DNA of 62,962 nucleotides, filler included, from Deltaproteobacteria bacterium (GTDB lineage Bacteria > Myxococcota > JACRCW01), in assembly GCA_016218805.1 (NCBI GenBank). It is 3 parts of 3 records of this genome, joined end to end, with 100 filler letters (N's around TTAATTAATTAA, not from the genome) between each part and the next. Parts side by side here need not be neighbours in the genome. Positions count along the whole stretch, not along the records: positions 1 to 19,692 come from JACRCW010000098.1; 2 more parts are not named here. One strand, written 5' to 3'. The position numbers and the translations under genes are program-made. This document shows, piece by piece, positions 1-9,612 of the stretch. Under the pieces are notes generated by a model, which saw only the letters and a list, made by a program, of their open reading frames with translations, did not search any database and had not been told where the DNA came from. Numbering within the stretch: position 1 is the stretch's first letter; each line of letters opens with the position of its first letter.

Positions 1-125
1 ACCGCCATGGTGCGTTCGAGCACACCCGCCCCATCTCCCGCATGAAGGGCAGGAACGAGCCGAAACCCGTTTCCTGCGACGTGGTGGAGGAAGCCCTTGC
101 GTCTGAACGGCCCTGCATCTCAGCT

Positions 126-160
126 GGGCGGGGGACAAGCCGGACAAGCCCCCGCCCTAC
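126..160 (-). repeat. GTAG-type REP-like palindrome with an internal 9-bp duplication
   Basis: Minus strand reads GTAGGGCGGGGGCTTGTCCGGCTTGTCCCCCGCCC: GTAG followed by a GGGCGGGG/CCCCGCCC stem. GGACAAGCC occurs twice in tandem on the + strand. Confidence 0.55.
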
Positions 161-311
161 GACGCACGCGTGGCACGCATCCTGTCGCCGGGGCAGCGGT
201 CCAGACCCGGCGCGACCAGGATCGCCTGCGCCGAGAATCAATCGTCGGGGCTCAGGATTGAACCCACCGCGGCCCTGCCTGCTGAGCGTGCAGCCCAGGA
301 CGTCGGTGTTC

Positions 312-758
312 ATGACGAGCTACGCAGCGCGCCGGGAGTTGAGCATGCTCGCCGGTGATGTCGCCGCGTTGGAGACGCGGGGCCTGCTGGCGGTGCGGCA
401 GGTGGTGCAGCGCACCGAGGCGATGCAGCGGTACCGGGAGTTCCAGCGCGTCGTGGACAAGGGGGAGGCGGAGGCGCTCGCCTGGGCGTTGAGCCACCCA
501 GCGGGCGAACGGCCGGTGTTCTGCACGCGTGATGAGGGCGCGCGGCGGTTCGCCATTGAAAGCGGTGTACCCACCACGGACACCTTTGGTGTGGTTGTCC
601 TGGCGCTCCAGTGCGGGGGCCTGGAGGTGGACACCGCGCGCGCCTTGCTGGCGCCCTGGGACTCGCCCAGTCAGCAACGGGGAAAGCCTGCGGCATGGCG
701 GGGATTCTCCGCCGAGCTTGCCCACCGCCAGGCGATTGACGGTGGACTGTTTGGCTGA
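312..758 (+). CDS. PIN-like (DUF3368-type) protein, probably 5'-truncated
   Basis: Motifs VDKGEAEALAWA and FCTRDEGARRFA..GV...DTFGVV fit the C-terminal half of PIN/DUF3368 proteins. No N-terminal PIN Asp motif is visible, and the start is uncertain. Confidence 0.5.
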   Translation: MTSYAARRELSMLAGDVAALETRGLLAVRQVVQRTEAMQRYREFQRVVDKGEAEALAWALSHPAGERPVFCTRDEGARRFAIESGVPTTDTFGVVVLALQCGGLEVDTARALLAPWDSPSQQRGKPAAWRGFSAELAHRQAIDGGLFG

Positions 759-818
759 GGCGTGGCGCGCGTGGGGCGCGGTCTGCTAGGTGCGCGCCCC
801 TCGCAAACAGGAGAGTCC

Positions 819-1667
819 ATGCCCCTCAACCGGAACCTGCTCGGCAAGGTCTATGACACCGCGCCCACGTGGACCGTGGAAGCGGACGCCACCCGCGCCT
901 ACGCCGCCGCCACCAACACGCACAACCCCTGGTACGTCGACACGGCGCGGCAGGGCGGCATCATCGCCCCGCCGATCTACGGCGTGGTCTACCAGTTCCT
1001 GGCGCTGGGGCTGCCCATGTTTGATACCGAGCTGGGCGTGAACATGCTGCGCCTGGTGCACGGGGAGCAGGACATGCGGTTTCTTGCGCCGGTGCACCCG
1101 GGTGACGTCATCCGCACCACCGCCACCGTCAAGGCGATCACCGACAAGACCAGCGGCGAATTGCTGGACATTGATCTCATCTCCACCAACCAGCACGGCG
1201 TGAAGGTGGCGCAGACGCTCACGGGCGTGTTCATCCGCGGCCGCACCCGGGGCGCCCGCAAGGAGGAGGCCCCGCGCCAGGAAGAGGCGCCCCCGTCGGG
1301 GAAGGTGGTCCTGGAGACCACGGTGGAGGTGGCCAAGGACCAGTCCCTCCGCTACGCGGACGCCTCCGGTGACCACAACCCCATCCACAAGGACCCGGAC
1401 ATGGCCCGCGCCGCCGGCCTGCCGGACATCATCCTGCACGGCATGTGCGGCATGGCGTTCCTGCAGAACGCGGTGGTGGACGGGCTGTGCGGCGGGGACC
1501 CCACCCGGCTGCGCCGCCTGCGCGTGCGCTTTGCCAAGCCGGTGCTGATGGGTGACGTGCTCACCATCAAGGCGTTTGACACCGGCACGCCGGGCACGCT
1601 GGCCGCGGAAGTGTCCAACCCCGCCGGTGTCGTCTTGATGAGCAGCGGGATTGCTGAGTTGGGCTGA
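819..1667 (+). CDS. Double hot-dog MaoC-family (R)-enoyl-CoA hydratase/dehydratase
   Basis: LVHGEQ in the N-terminal hot-dog domain; YADASGDHNPIH and ILHGMC in the C-terminal domain; AGGAG RBS before ATG 819. Confidence 0.9.
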   Translation: MPLNRNLLGKVYDTAPTWTVEADATRAYAAATNTHNPWYVDTARQGGIIAPPIYGVVYQFLALGLPMFDTELGVNMLRLVHGEQDMRFLAPVHPGDVIRTTATVKAITDKTSGELLDIDLISTNQHGVKVAQTLTGVFIRGRTRGARKEEAPRQEEAPPSGKVVLETTVEVAKDQSLRYADASGDHNPIHKDPDMARAAGLPDIILHGMCGMAFLQNAVVDGLCGGDPTRLRRLRVRFAKPVLMGDVLTIKAFDTGTPGTLAAEVSNPAGVVLMSSGIAELG

Positions 1668-1671
1668 CCCG

Positions 1672-2310
1672 TCAGGGCGCCAGGCGTTCCAGCGTCCAGG
1701 TGCGGGCGTGGCGCCGGTAGCGCAGCCGGTCATGCAGGCGGCTGGGGCGCCCCTGCCAGAACTCCACCACGTCGGGGTGCACGCGGTAGCCGCCCCAGTG
1801 CGGCGGCATGGGAACCACGGGCTCGTCGGCATAGCGCGCGGTCTCCTCCTCCAGGCGCGCCTCCAGGAACGCCCGGTCCGGGATCACGCGGCTCTGCGGT
1901 GACGCCCACGCGCCCAGCTGCGCGGTGCGCGGGCGCTGCTGGAAGTACGCGTGCGCCTCCGCCGCCGCGAGCTTGTGCGCGGTGCCGCGGATGCGGACCT
2001 GCCGCTCCAACTCCAGCCAGCAGAACACCAGGCCCGCGCGCGGTTGCGCCGCCAGCTGCCGGCCCTTGTCGGATTCGTGGTTGGTAAAGAACGCAAACCC
2101 GTGCTCATCCACGTTCTTGAGCAGCACAATGCGCCCATCCGGTGCGCCGTCGGCGTCCACGGTGCACAGGGTCATCGCGTTGGGCTCGGGCAGCTGCGCG
2201 TCCAGGGCCGCCTGCATCCACACCCGGAACTGCTGCACGGGGTCCGGGTGCGCGTCGGACTCGTACAGTCCCTTGAGCCCGTACTCCTTCCTCAGCGCGG
2301 CAAGATCCAT
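1672..2310 (-). CDS. pdxH: Pyridoxamine 5'-phosphate oxidase
   Basis: [46 protein letters not shown], ending RLAP. Confidence 0.95.
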   Translation of the reverse strand: MDLAALRKEYGLKGLYESDAHPDPVQQFRVWMQAALDAQLPEPNAMTLCTVDADGAPDGRIVLLKNVDEHGFAFFTNHESDKGRQLAAQPRAGLVFCWLELERQVRIRGTAHKLAAAEAHAYFQQRPRTAQLGAWASPQSRVIPDRAFLEARLEEETARYADEPVVPMPPHWGGYRVHPDVVEFWQGRPSRLHDRLRYRRHARTWTLERLAP

Positions 2311-2383
2311 GGTGGCACCCCCAAACGCTTCGGCAGCCCGGGGGAGGGACTCCCGCGGACTGCCGAAAGGTGTTTCAGGTGGT

Positions 2384-2459
<76 letters not shown>

Positions 2460-2482
2460 ACGCGGCGAAACTTCCGACGAGC

Positions 2483-2908
2483 TCAACGCTCTTCCACGTC
2501 ACCCGTGCGCGCATCCTGGGTCGCCCGCGCGGGCCGGGCGTCATTATCCGCACCCCGGGCTGAACGCAACTCCCCCGCCGCGGCCACGCGTGCCCGCACG
2601 GCCTCGGGCAGGGACGGGAGCGTTCCCGCGTCACTCTCAACGAGAACCGCCTCCCCCAGCTCCACCAGCCGCGCGCGGTACGCGGCCGCAGTGGCCAGCG
2701 CACGCGGGGCCGGGCCGCCGGCGCGCGCCAGCGCGTCCTCCACCGCGCCCAGGTGCTCCAGCGCGCGGCGCCAGGCGCCCTCCGGGACCTCCGCCGAGGC
2801 TGCGCGCAGCGGTTCGGCGGCGGCGGGACTGCCCGGGGCCAGCGTGGCCACCGGTGCTCCCGTGGAGGACCGCTTGCGGGCGGTCACGTTGCGGCGTCCC
2901 CTGGCCAT
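2483..2908 (-). CDS. Hypothetical Ala/Arg-rich protein
   Basis: ORF fills the gap upstream of the tRNA, with GGAAGG before the ATG. No recognisable motif. Confidence 0.4.
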   Translation of the reverse strand: MARGRRNVTARKRSSTGAPVATLAPGSPAAAEPLRAASAEVPEGAWRRALEHLGAVEDALARAGGPAPRALATAAAYRARLVELGEAVLVESDAGTLPSLPEAVRARVAAAGELRSARGADNDARPARATQDARTGDVEER

Positions 2909-3128
2909 GGCACCTTCCGTCGTGACGTAGGCCGCACGGGGTAGCGCCGCGGTCGCGGTGCCGTCAACGTCGTCGCCCCGGTGGTCCTCGTCGGGCTTGC
3001 GCGCGTCTCCCACCTCTCGTATGGCCCGCATCCCGTCCCGGTGGGGCCCCACCCCGCCAGGGCTTGCCAAGCACGGGGGATCTGACCGAGGTTGCCTCCC
3101 CCTTTTCTCCCCGGATCCAGGCGCACCC

Positions 3129-4094
3129 ATGACCACCGCGCGTGAAGCACTCGCCAAGCAGCTCCACGACATGATGAAGGGCAGCCCGCCCGCCGAGGCC
3201 CAGGCCAAGGTGGGGGAGCTGTTGGACCAGTACCGCGTCCAGGCCAAGCCCGGCACCGAGGTGAAACAGGGCGTCACCGCCCGCGAAGGGCTGGGCAAGG
3301 ACCTGGTGGCGCTGTGGAAGCGCGCGCCCAAGGACATGGAGCGCTCCGTGGAGGCGCTGCTGGACAAGTACCGGATGCAGCTGAAGAAGGAGTCCGATCC
3401 GGTGCAGCGCGCGGAGAAGGTGATCGCCCCGCGCGCCGCCGCACCGGCCGCCGCTCCCGCCGGCAAGGCCGCGGCCCGCCCCGCCGCAGCCCCCACCGCA
3501 TCCGGCAAGGCCGTTGCGCGCCCCACGCCCGCCGCCGCGCCCGCCCGCGCCACCGCGCCGGTCAGCCCGCTCCCGCCGCCGCGCCCGGTGAGTTCGTCCC
3601 CGGCGCCCATTGCGCCGCGCGCCGCACCGCAGAGCGTGACGCCGCTGTTCCCCGGCACGCCCACCGGCCCCTCCCGCCGCTCTGAGTGCCCCAAGTGCAA
3701 GAGCCGCGGCGTGGTGCTGGCGCGGTCCTACACGCAGGAGGAGTTCTTCAGCTGCATCTACTGCGGCTGGCAGGCGTTCAAGCCGTTTGAAGAGGCCAAC
3801 CAGGACAGCCCGCTGGCCGCGCGCCTGATGGCGCAGCGCCCGTCCCTGCCCAAGCGCAAGGATGAACCCGCGGAGGAAGGCGGCAAGCGCGCCGGCGGCC
3901 TGTTCATGGATGACGACGACGAAGGGCGCCGCCGCTCGGTGATCGCCGACGACGAGATGCCCGCCACCGGGCCGGCCATGGTCCCCGCGGACACCGAGGA
4001 CGGCGACAACGAGATGGAACGCGCCGGCATGCACGAGGTGGACGACCTGGACGCCGACGCCGAGGACGGGCTGGACTCGCTGGACGAGGACTGA
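3129..4094 (+). CDS. Hypothetical protein: helical N-terminus, Pro/Ala linker, Zn ribbon, acidic tail
   Basis: CPKC...CIYC, Asp/Glu-rich C-terminus, host-like codon use, 3 bp upstream of the next gene. Confidence 0.75.
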   Translation: MTTAREALAKQLHDMMKGSPPAEAQAKVGELLDQYRVQAKPGTEVKQGVTAREGLGKDLVALWKRAPKDMERSVEALLDKYRMQLKKESDPVQRAEKVIAPRAAAPAAAPAGKAAARPAAAPTASGKAVARPTPAAAPARATAPVSPLPPPRPVSSSPAPIAPRAAPQSVTPLFPGTPTGPSRRSECPKCKSRGVVLARSYTQEEFFSCIYCGWQAFKPFEEANQDSPLAARLMAQRPSLPKRKDEPAEEGGKRAGGLFMDDDDEGRRRSVIADDEMPATGPAMVPADTEDGDNEMERAGMHEVDDLDADAEDGLDSLDED

Positions 4095-4097
4095 GCG

Positions 4098-5456
4098 GTG
4101 GCGGACCCCGATCCCGGCGCGCTGCTCCCCCACTGCCGCCGGGCGGTGGAGCTGGCCCGGAAGGCCGGCGCCGACGAGGCGGAGGCGTTTGCCGAGGAGA
4201 CGCGCACGGTGAGTGCGCGCGCGGAACAGAACGACCTGGCCGGTGCGGAACACCAGGAGTCCCGCGCGCTGGGCCTGCGCGTGCTGTGCCGCGGCGCCAC
4301 GGGCTTCTACGCCCTCAACCGCCTGGACGAACCCGCGCTGGATGAGGCCGCCCGCGTGGCCGTGGCGCTGGCGCGCGCTGGGCGCCCGGAGGACGGGCCG
4401 GTGCTGGCGGACCCGGAGCCGCCCGCGCCGGTGGCGGGCTTGTACGACGAGGAAGTGGCCAGCACGGAGGTCCCGCGGGCCGTGGAGCACTGCCACGCGC
4501 TGCTGGCCGCGGCGCGCGGGACCGATGCGCGGGTGTCCATGGACGGCGTGGAGGTGGCCTTCTCCGTGTCGCGGCACGCGGTGGCCAACAGCCGCGGCGT
4601 GGGTGACGAGGAGGTCCAGACCAGCGCGGCCGCGTCGCTGTTCGGCATGGCGATTGACGGCGAGGATGTCACCAGCTTTGACCACGAGGTGGACGCGCAC
4701 GTGCGCCTGGCGGCGCTGACCGGCGTCCGCGCCGCGCGCGAACTGGCGCGGAGGCTCATCTCGTTCCTGGGGGCGGGGGCGTGGGATGGGCCGTCCCGGC
4801 CGCGCGTGGTGCTGGCGCCGGAGGTGCTGGGCGAACTGCTGGTGGATCCGCTGGTGGCCAGCCTGGACGGCGAGAGCGTGCGCGCCGGGCGCAGCGGCCT
4901 GCGGGACCGCCGCGGCGCGGTGGTCTCCGTGCCGGGCTTTGAACTGGTGGATGACCCCACCGCGCCGGGCGAGGTGGGCAGCGAGGCGTTTGACCGCGAG
5001 GGCCGCCCGCACCGGACCACGCCCATCTTGCTGGAGGGCGTGCTGCAGACGTTCCTGCACACCACGGACAGCGCGCGGCGCCTGGGCGACCGGCCCACCG
5101 GCCACGCGTCCGGCGGGGCGCGCAGTCTTCCGTCGGCGGACGCCAGCCGGCTGCTGGTGGGCGGGGGTAGCGCGTCGCTGGGAGACCTGCTGGCGGAGGC
5201 GGGAGAGGGACTCTACGTGGGCCGTTTCTCCGGCAGCGTGGACGAGGTCAGCGGCGACTTCTCCGGTGTGGCCAAATGCAGCTTCCGCATCCGCGGCGGA
5301 AAGCTGGCCGAGCCGCTGCGGGAGACCACGCTGGCGGGCAACGCATACAGCGCGTTGAAGGCCGTACGCGGGCTCACGCGTGAGCGCAAGGCGCTCCCCG
5401 GGCGCGTGTATCCGCACGCGCTCGTTGACGGGTTGGACGTGTCCGGCGCGGATTGA
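4098..5456 (+). CDS. TldD/PmbA family protein (PmbA/TldE-like, no HExxxH)
   Basis: GADEAEAF, LGLRVL..GATG, DDPT...FDREG, GVLQTFL, TGHA, SGDFS, GKL.EP..ETTLAGN. Confidence 0.9.
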   Translation: MADPDPGALLPHCRRAVELARKAGADEAEAFAEETRTVSARAEQNDLAGAEHQESRALGLRVLCRGATGFYALNRLDEPALDEAARVAVALARAGRPEDGPVLADPEPPAPVAGLYDEEVASTEVPRAVEHCHALLAAARGTDARVSMDGVEVAFSVSRHAVANSRGVGDEEVQTSAAASLFGMAIDGEDVTSFDHEVDAHVRLAALTGVRAARELARRLISFLGAGAWDGPSRPRVVLAPEVLGELLVDPLVASLDGESVRAGRSGLRDRRGAVVSVPGFELVDDPTAPGEVGSEAFDREGRPHRTTPILLEGVLQTFLHTTDSARRLGDRPTGHASGGARSLPSADASRLLVGGGSASLGDLLAEAGEGLYVGRFSGSVDEVSGDFSGVAKCSFRIRGGKLAEPLRETTLAGNAYSALKAVRGLTRERKALPGRVYPHALVDGLDVSGAD

Positions 5457-5611
5457 GCTGTTTCGCAACAGGCCATCGGGGGAAAACGCCGTCTCCTCGC
5501 TGAAACAGGAAACGCGCGCCTACGTGGCGCTCATCGCTTGACCGTCAAGATCCGGGGCTGCACGCTGACTCATCCGCCGACGACGCCGGTCGGCTTGATG
5601 GGGCGGTCCTG

Positions 5612-6559
5612 ATGCGTCGGGCACTTCTAACTGGCCTCGTCGTCGTTGGGTGCAGTCCCACGTACGAGGAGTTCTCCGACATCGCGATCGCTGACGTGGA
5701 CCATCCCACCGCTTGCGGAGTGCTGAAGCCTGACGGTCGGGTGCGTTGCTGGGGCAACCATGGCGAGGAGTTCGAGCGCCTTGCGCCGACGGCCGAGTTC
5801 GAAAAGATCGCGATGGAGTTTGGGGATGTCTGCGGGGTCACCCGCTCACGGCAGGTGATGTGCTGGTCCCTCCACGTGCCGCTGACCACACTCCCCGACA
5901 TCACGCAGGTCCCCGCGGGGGAGTTTGTCGACGTGGCCATCGTTGGATTCGGCACTCGGGATGGGTGGTGAGCGTGCGGGGTTCGCGCGGACGGCACCAT
6001 TGTTTGTTGGGGTCCGCCATTTGACGGGTCTGAACCTTGGTACAACCCACCGGAGGGCCGGTTTGTTCAGGTTGCCTGTGGCGGGAGCGACTGCTGCGCG
6101 GTGGCCGACGGCGGAGGCATCTCCCTGGCCCAGTTCGCAAACTCCCCGCCGGGCGCCTGAGCCGGGCCCTTTCACCAGTTGACCTTGTCATACGCACACG
6201 CCTGTGCGTTGCGTTCCAATGGCGCCATTGCCTGCGGTGGACCTTTGGATGGCCATGCTCTCCACCTGCCCTGGCAGGCACTGGAGCAGGCCAGCGTCGC
6301 GGACACGTACGGGTGCGGGGTGACGCGGCGTGGCACCGGCATCTGCTTCGGGACGACGAACGTGTGGCGGCCGGACCCTCCCCCGTTGGTTCTCATGAAG
6401 AAGATTGTGACCGCCCCCTACCACGCCTGCGCCATCCTGTTTGACGACACGGTCCAATGCTGGCGGCCGTTCAACGCGGTTCCTGCCGATGACCTCACGG
6501 ATCCGGCAATCCGCCCACCCCCCCGACAGCTGATGCTCAGGCGCCCATGGTCACACTGA
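5612..6559 (+). pseudogene. RCC1-like beta-propeller repeat lipoprotein, disrupted
   Basis: Lipobox VVGC and repeated (H/T)ACG/AV..DG.V.CWG units. ORF pieces 5612-5971 and 6179-6559 are in one frame, separated by TGA at 5969-5971 and at about 6158-6160. Confidence 0.7.
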
Positions 6560-6823
6560 TGAGCAGGGACCTCTCTTCCGATCCCTCCGCGGAAGGTGGG
6601 CCGCCGGAACCTGGCCGCACTGAGGCATGTGGCGTGCTCAGGTTTGGGTTGCCTCGGCATGACCCTGGCGGCAGCGCTGCTCTTCCACCCGCGTGCCGCC
6701 ACGAGTTGGAAACCTGGACATCACGGGGAAACGGTGCGTGCCACTGCGCCGACGCTCCGGCGCCACGACGACGCATGCGCCCGTGCTTGTGACGGTGCCC
6801 CTGCCAACGCTACGCTCCACACC

Positions 6824-7438
6824 ATGGTGGCGGTGACCCAGGCACCCGCGCGCGACGACCGGCCCACGGAAGACCACATCGTGGTGCTGCGCGGCGTGAC
6901 GTGGGCGGACTACCAACGGATGCTCGAGATCCGCGGCGAACGTTCGTCGCCACGGCTGCATTACACGGAGGGGGTCCTGGAGATCATGGCGCCGTCGCGC
7001 TCCCACGAGGGGATCAAGTCGTTCATCGGCCGCTTGGTGGAGGTGTGGTGCCTGGAGCGAAACATCGAGTTCGGCACCTACGGCTCGTGGACGCTCGAGG
7101 ACAAGGCGGTGGACCGCGGAGCTGAGCCGGACGAGTGCTACATCTTCGGAGCCGCGCAGGATGCGCCGCGGCCGCACCTCGCCATCGAAGTCGTCTGGAC
7201 GTCAGGGGGAATCAACAAGCTGGTGACGTATTCCAAGCTTGGCGTTGGGGAAGTGTGGATCTGGCAACGGGGCCGCATCTCCGTCCATGTTCTCCGCGGC
7301 GCTGAGTTCGCGGAGGTGCCGGGAAGCGAAGTGCTCGCGGGCATTGACCTGGAGCAGCTTGCCAGCTTTCTGGACCGCCCGAGCACCAGCCAGGCCATCC
7401 GCGAGTACCGCGAAGCCCTGCGCACCGCGTCCCGCTGA
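6824..7438 (+). CDS. Uma2 (DUF820) family putative endonuclease
   Basis: VTWADY, LEIMAPS..HE, GAEPDECY, PHLAIEVVWTS, K...Y..LGV.EVW. Confidence 0.9.
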   Translation: MVAVTQAPARDDRPTEDHIVVLRGVTWADYQRMLEIRGERSSPRLHYTEGVLEIMAPSRSHEGIKSFIGRLVEVWCLERNIEFGTYGSWTLEDKAVDRGAEPDECYIFGAAQDAPRPHLAIEVVWTSGGINKLVTYSKLGVGEVWIWQRGRISVHVLRGAEFAEVPGSEVLAGIDLEQLASFLDRPSTSQAIREYREALRTASR

Positions 7439-7501
7439 ACTCCGCAGTGGGCGCGCGCGTACGCGCACCGGCCCGGGCGGCCGCGTGCGGCTGGGCATGC
7501 G

Positions 7502-7747
7502 TCAGCCTCCCAACAACGCTGCCTTGGCACGGGCGCGCCGCACAAACAGCTCCTCCCGCAACTCCGCGGGGAGCGTGCGGGACTGGATGTCCCACTCCAG
7601 GCGGTTGGCCTGCCCAAGGGCCCGGATGCGGTCTGCGGGGGTCATCTGCAGGTGGGCCTCCAGGAGGGCCGTGTCCGTACCCGCCTCGCGGGCGCGCTCC
7701 CAGGCCGGGCCGTGGACGGGCAACTCCGCCAGCGGGTCAAAGGACAT
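7502..7747 (-). CDS. Small hypothetical protein
   Basis: 81-aa ORF. GTDTALLEAHLQMTPADRIR resembles small proteins often encoded beside nucleotidyltransferases (recollection only). Confidence 0.55.
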   Translation of the reverse strand: MSFDPLAELPVHGPAWERAREAGTDTALLEAHLQMTPADRIRALGQANRLEWDIQSRTLPAELREELFVRRARAKAALLGG

Positions 7748-7841
7748 GCGCCATTCCTAGCACGTGCCGGACGGGGTGCTGCGGCGGTGTCCCGCCGAGG
7801 ACTTCCTGCACGCCGCGGGGCGGTTGCGCTATCCTCCCCGC

Positions 7842-9215
7842 ATGGTTTCCGACCGCCTGGAGAGCCCCGGTGATGGAGGCGCAGCCCCCGTCATCAACTT
7901 GAAGCGCTATCTCGAGAACATCGAGCAGGCGTCCCCCGTCCGCGTGCGCGGGCGCGTCACCGAGGTCACCGGCCTCATCATCAAGGCCTCCGTCCCAGGC
8001 GTGCGCATTGGCGAGCTGTGCCTCATCCGCAGTCCGCACACCGGTGCGGAGCTGAAGACCGAGGTGGTGGGGTTCAAGGACGAGGCGGTGTTCCTCATGC
8101 CGCTGGGCGAGGCGCGCGACATGGGGCCGGACAGCGAGGTGATCCCCACGGGCAAGCCGTTCACCATCCGCTGCGGCTGGGGCCTGCTGGGCCGCACGCT
8201 CAACGGCATTGGTGACGCGGCGGACGGCGGCACCCCGCTGGACGAGGTCCCCGGCCTGGAGGACTGGGCCGTGGAGCGGGAGTGCCCGGACCCCATGCAC
8301 CGCCAGCCGGTGGACCGGCCCATCCCCATGGGTGTGCGCGCGTTGGACGGCCTGCTCACCGTCGGGCGCGGGCAGCGCATCGGCCTGTTTGCCGGTTCCG
8401 GCGTGGGCAAGTCCACGCTGATGGGGCAGATCGCCCGCAACACCGCGGCGGAAGTCGTCGTCACCTGCCTGGTCGGTGAGCGCGGTCGCGAGGTGCTGGA
8501 GTTCATCCATGATTCGCTGGGCGAGGAGGGACTCAAGAAGTCCGTGGTAGTGTGCGCCACGTCCAACACGCCCTCCCTGGTCCGGCTCAAGTGCTGCTTT
8601 GTGGCCACCGCCGTGGCGGAGTGGTTCCGTGACCAGGGCAAGGACGTGCTGTTCATGATGGACAGCTCCACGCGCTTTGCCCGTGCGCAGCGTGAAATCG
8701 GCCTGGCGCTGGGCGAGCCCCCCGCCCGCCAGGGCTACCCGCCCAGCGTGTTTGCCCAGATCCCGCGGCTGATGGAGCGCACCGGCAACAATGACAAGGG
8801 CAGCATCACCGCGCTGTACACCATCCTGGTCCAGGGCGGTGACATGGAGGAGCCCATTGCTGACGAGGTCCGCGGTATTCTTGACGGACACATCATCCTC
8901 AACCGCGCCCTGGGCGCGCGGAACCACTGGCCCGCCATTGACATCCTCCCCAGCCTCAGCCGCGTCATGAGCGGCATTGTGGACGACGACCACAAGAAGG
9001 CCGCCGGCAAGCTGCGCGAGGTGCTGGCCACCTACGAGAAGAACCGCGACCTCATCCTGCTGGGCGCGTACAACTACGGGACGGACCCCAAGGTGGACTA
9101 CGCCATCGACAAGATCGAAGAGGTCGAGGCGTTCCTCAAGCAGCCGACGCGCGACCTGTGCTCGTTCGACGAGATGAAGCAGCGGCTGGTAGGGATGTTT
9201 GCGGACGCACAATGA
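7842..9215 (+). CDS. sctN: FliI/YscN-family type III secretion ATPase
   Basis: GRVTEVTG, GQRIGLFAGSGVGKSTL (Walker A), GERGREV, DSSTRFARAQREIGLALGEPP..QGYPPS, GSITALYT, GILDGHI.L.R.L, PAIDIL.SLSRVM, LGAY..G.D. Confidence 0.9.
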   Translation: MVSDRLESPGDGGAAPVINLKRYLENIEQASPVRVRGRVTEVTGLIIKASVPGVRIGELCLIRSPHTGAELKTEVVGFKDEAVFLMPLGEARDMGPDSEVIPTGKPFTIRCGWGLLGRTLNGIGDAADGGTPLDEVPGLEDWAVERECPDPMHRQPVDRPIPMGVRALDGLLTVGRGQRIGLFAGSGVGKSTLMGQIARNTAAEVVVTCLVGERGREVLEFIHDSLGEEGLKKSVVVCATSNTPSLVRLKCCFVATAVAEWFRDQGKDVLFMMDSSTRFARAQREIGLALGEPPARQGYPPSVFAQIPRLMERTGNNDKGSITALYTILVQGGDMEEPIADEVRGILDGHIILNRALGARNHWPAIDILPSLSRVMSGIVDDDHKKAAGKLREVLATYEKNRDLILLGAYNYGTDPKVDYAIDKIEEVEAFLKQPTRDLCSFDEMKQRLVGMFADAQ

Positions 9216-9263
9216 TCGCTGATGGGGGAGCCCGTCACCGGACGGCGCTTCCACGAGGTAGCC

Positions 9264-9566
9264 ATGACCAAGACGACGAGCCAGGAAGAAGAGTACTTTG
9301 CCAGGGAGAGCGTGGAGAAACTCCGCAAGCTGCACGCGGAGGAGGAATCCAAGAAGACCAAGTCCGAGAAGGAGGCGGCGCGCAAGCTGCACGAGGGCCA
9401 CTGCCCCAAGTGCGGCGCCCACCTGACCGAGGTGGGGTTCAAGGACGTCATGATTGACCGGTGCTTCAGCTGCGGTGGCGTGTTCCTGGACGCCGGCGAG
9501 CTGGAACACCTGGCGGGAGAAGAGGGCGGGTATCTCAAGTCGCTGGTCAGCTTCATTGTGAAGTGA
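9264..9566 (+). CDS. zf-TFIIB-type Zn-ribbon protein with an N-terminal charged helix
   Basis: CPKCG...IDRC.SCGGVFLDAGELE; GAGG RBS before the ATG. Confidence 0.85.
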   Translation: MTKTTSQEEEYFARESVEKLRKLHAEEESKKTKSEKEAARKLHEGHCPKCGAHLTEVGFKDVMIDRCFSCGGVFLDAGELEHLAGEEGGYLKSLVSFIVK

Positions 9567-9612
9567 GGTCTCCCGGGGCAGGGGTGGCGGCGTGCAGCCT
9601 CAAGAACGCGTG

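Noticed and set aside
2964..5468. Long antisense or alternative-frame ORFs (834 aa here; also 7737-9509, 14050-15909, 17311-18810, 31449-33239, 37470-39428, 44525-46342)
   Set aside because: Shadow ORFs opposite well-supported genes, expected in high-GC DNA with strong codon bias. No motifs.
5969..5990. Selenocysteine recoding of the in-frame TGA (a small hairpin follows it)
   Set aside because: The TGA aligns with the variable residue two positions before the conserved repeat Cys, not with the Cys. The hairpin loop is closer than in typical bacterial SECIS elements, and other lesions occur downstream.
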